Shown piece by piece: positions 26,332 through 26,529 of a stretch of 26,529 nucleotides of DNA. A program made the position numbers and the translations under genes. This stretch comes from a bacterium (lineage in GTDB: Bacteria; Hydrothermota; Tepidihabitantia; Tepidihabitantales; Tepidihabitantaceae). The stretch lies in contig JAWOHE010000014.1 in the NCBI GenBank assembly GCA_046485285.1, forward strand, positions 1 to 26,529, written 5' to 3'. Under the pieces are notes generated by a model. It saw only the letters and a list, made by a program, of their open reading frames with translations, was not told the DNA's origin and did not search any database. Numbering within the stretch: position 1 is the stretch's first letter; the number at the start of each line of letters is the position of its first letter.

Positions 26332-26529
26332 CGGCAGACGCAGATTCGGTACCAGTTCGGGCGCGAGGGCGAGGTGCTGCTGCGGGTGTACGACGCGGGC
26401 GGCCGGCTGGTGCGGACGCTTTCGAGCGGGCGGCAGAAACCCGGGGCGTACGTGGTGACCTGGGACGGGAGCGACGGGCAGGGCCGGGCGGTGCCGAACG
26501 GCATCTACTTCTACCGGCTCGACGCGCCC
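26329..26529 (+). pseudogene. Orphan FlgD-Ig/T9SS-like C-terminal domain fragment (runs off the window)
   Basis: Frame reads QRQTQIRYQFGREGEVLLRVYDAGGRLVRTLSSGRQKPGAYVVTWDGSDGQGRAVPNGIYFYRLDAP; in-frame TAG at 26308-26310 upstream and no start codon before the domain. Confidence 0.7.

Overview
GC-rich chromosomal segment of a diderm (BamD), probably anaerobic bacterium. Its secreted proteins carry T9SS-like/FlgD-Ig C-terminal domains, a style resembling WOR-3 or other FCB-related uncultured lineages (inference). Left to right: a window-truncated gingipain-like C25 peptidase absent from the ORF track; a large secreted beta-propeller protein; argF with an Arg-rich upstream ORF; a membrane-anchored TPR protein; tRNA-Val(CAC); a minus-strand secG-rplU-FG-GAP-HTH unit; a seven-gene oxygen/ROS defence operon (rubrerythrin, Tpx, 7-Cys rubredoxin-like mini-protein, desulfoferrodoxin, ferritin, flavodiiron protein, flavin reductase-rubredoxin fusion); a ten-gene housekeeping operon (divIVA-punA-bamD-nadD-yajC-def-fmt-PASTA-rpe-ffh); a 590-bp structured intergenic region; a second FG-GAP protein; and an orphan C-terminal-domain fragment. 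No transposase, integrase or CRISPR array was seen. Best leads: a six-Arg-codon uORF ahead of argF, a poly-G-spacer promoter before a candidate ~270-nt structured RNA, six TTGACN-16bp-TAnnnT promoters, an internal RBS that could release a free rubredoxin, and CTD-tagged secreted proteins rich in D-S/T-hydrophobic motifs. All calls were made by eye, without database searches.
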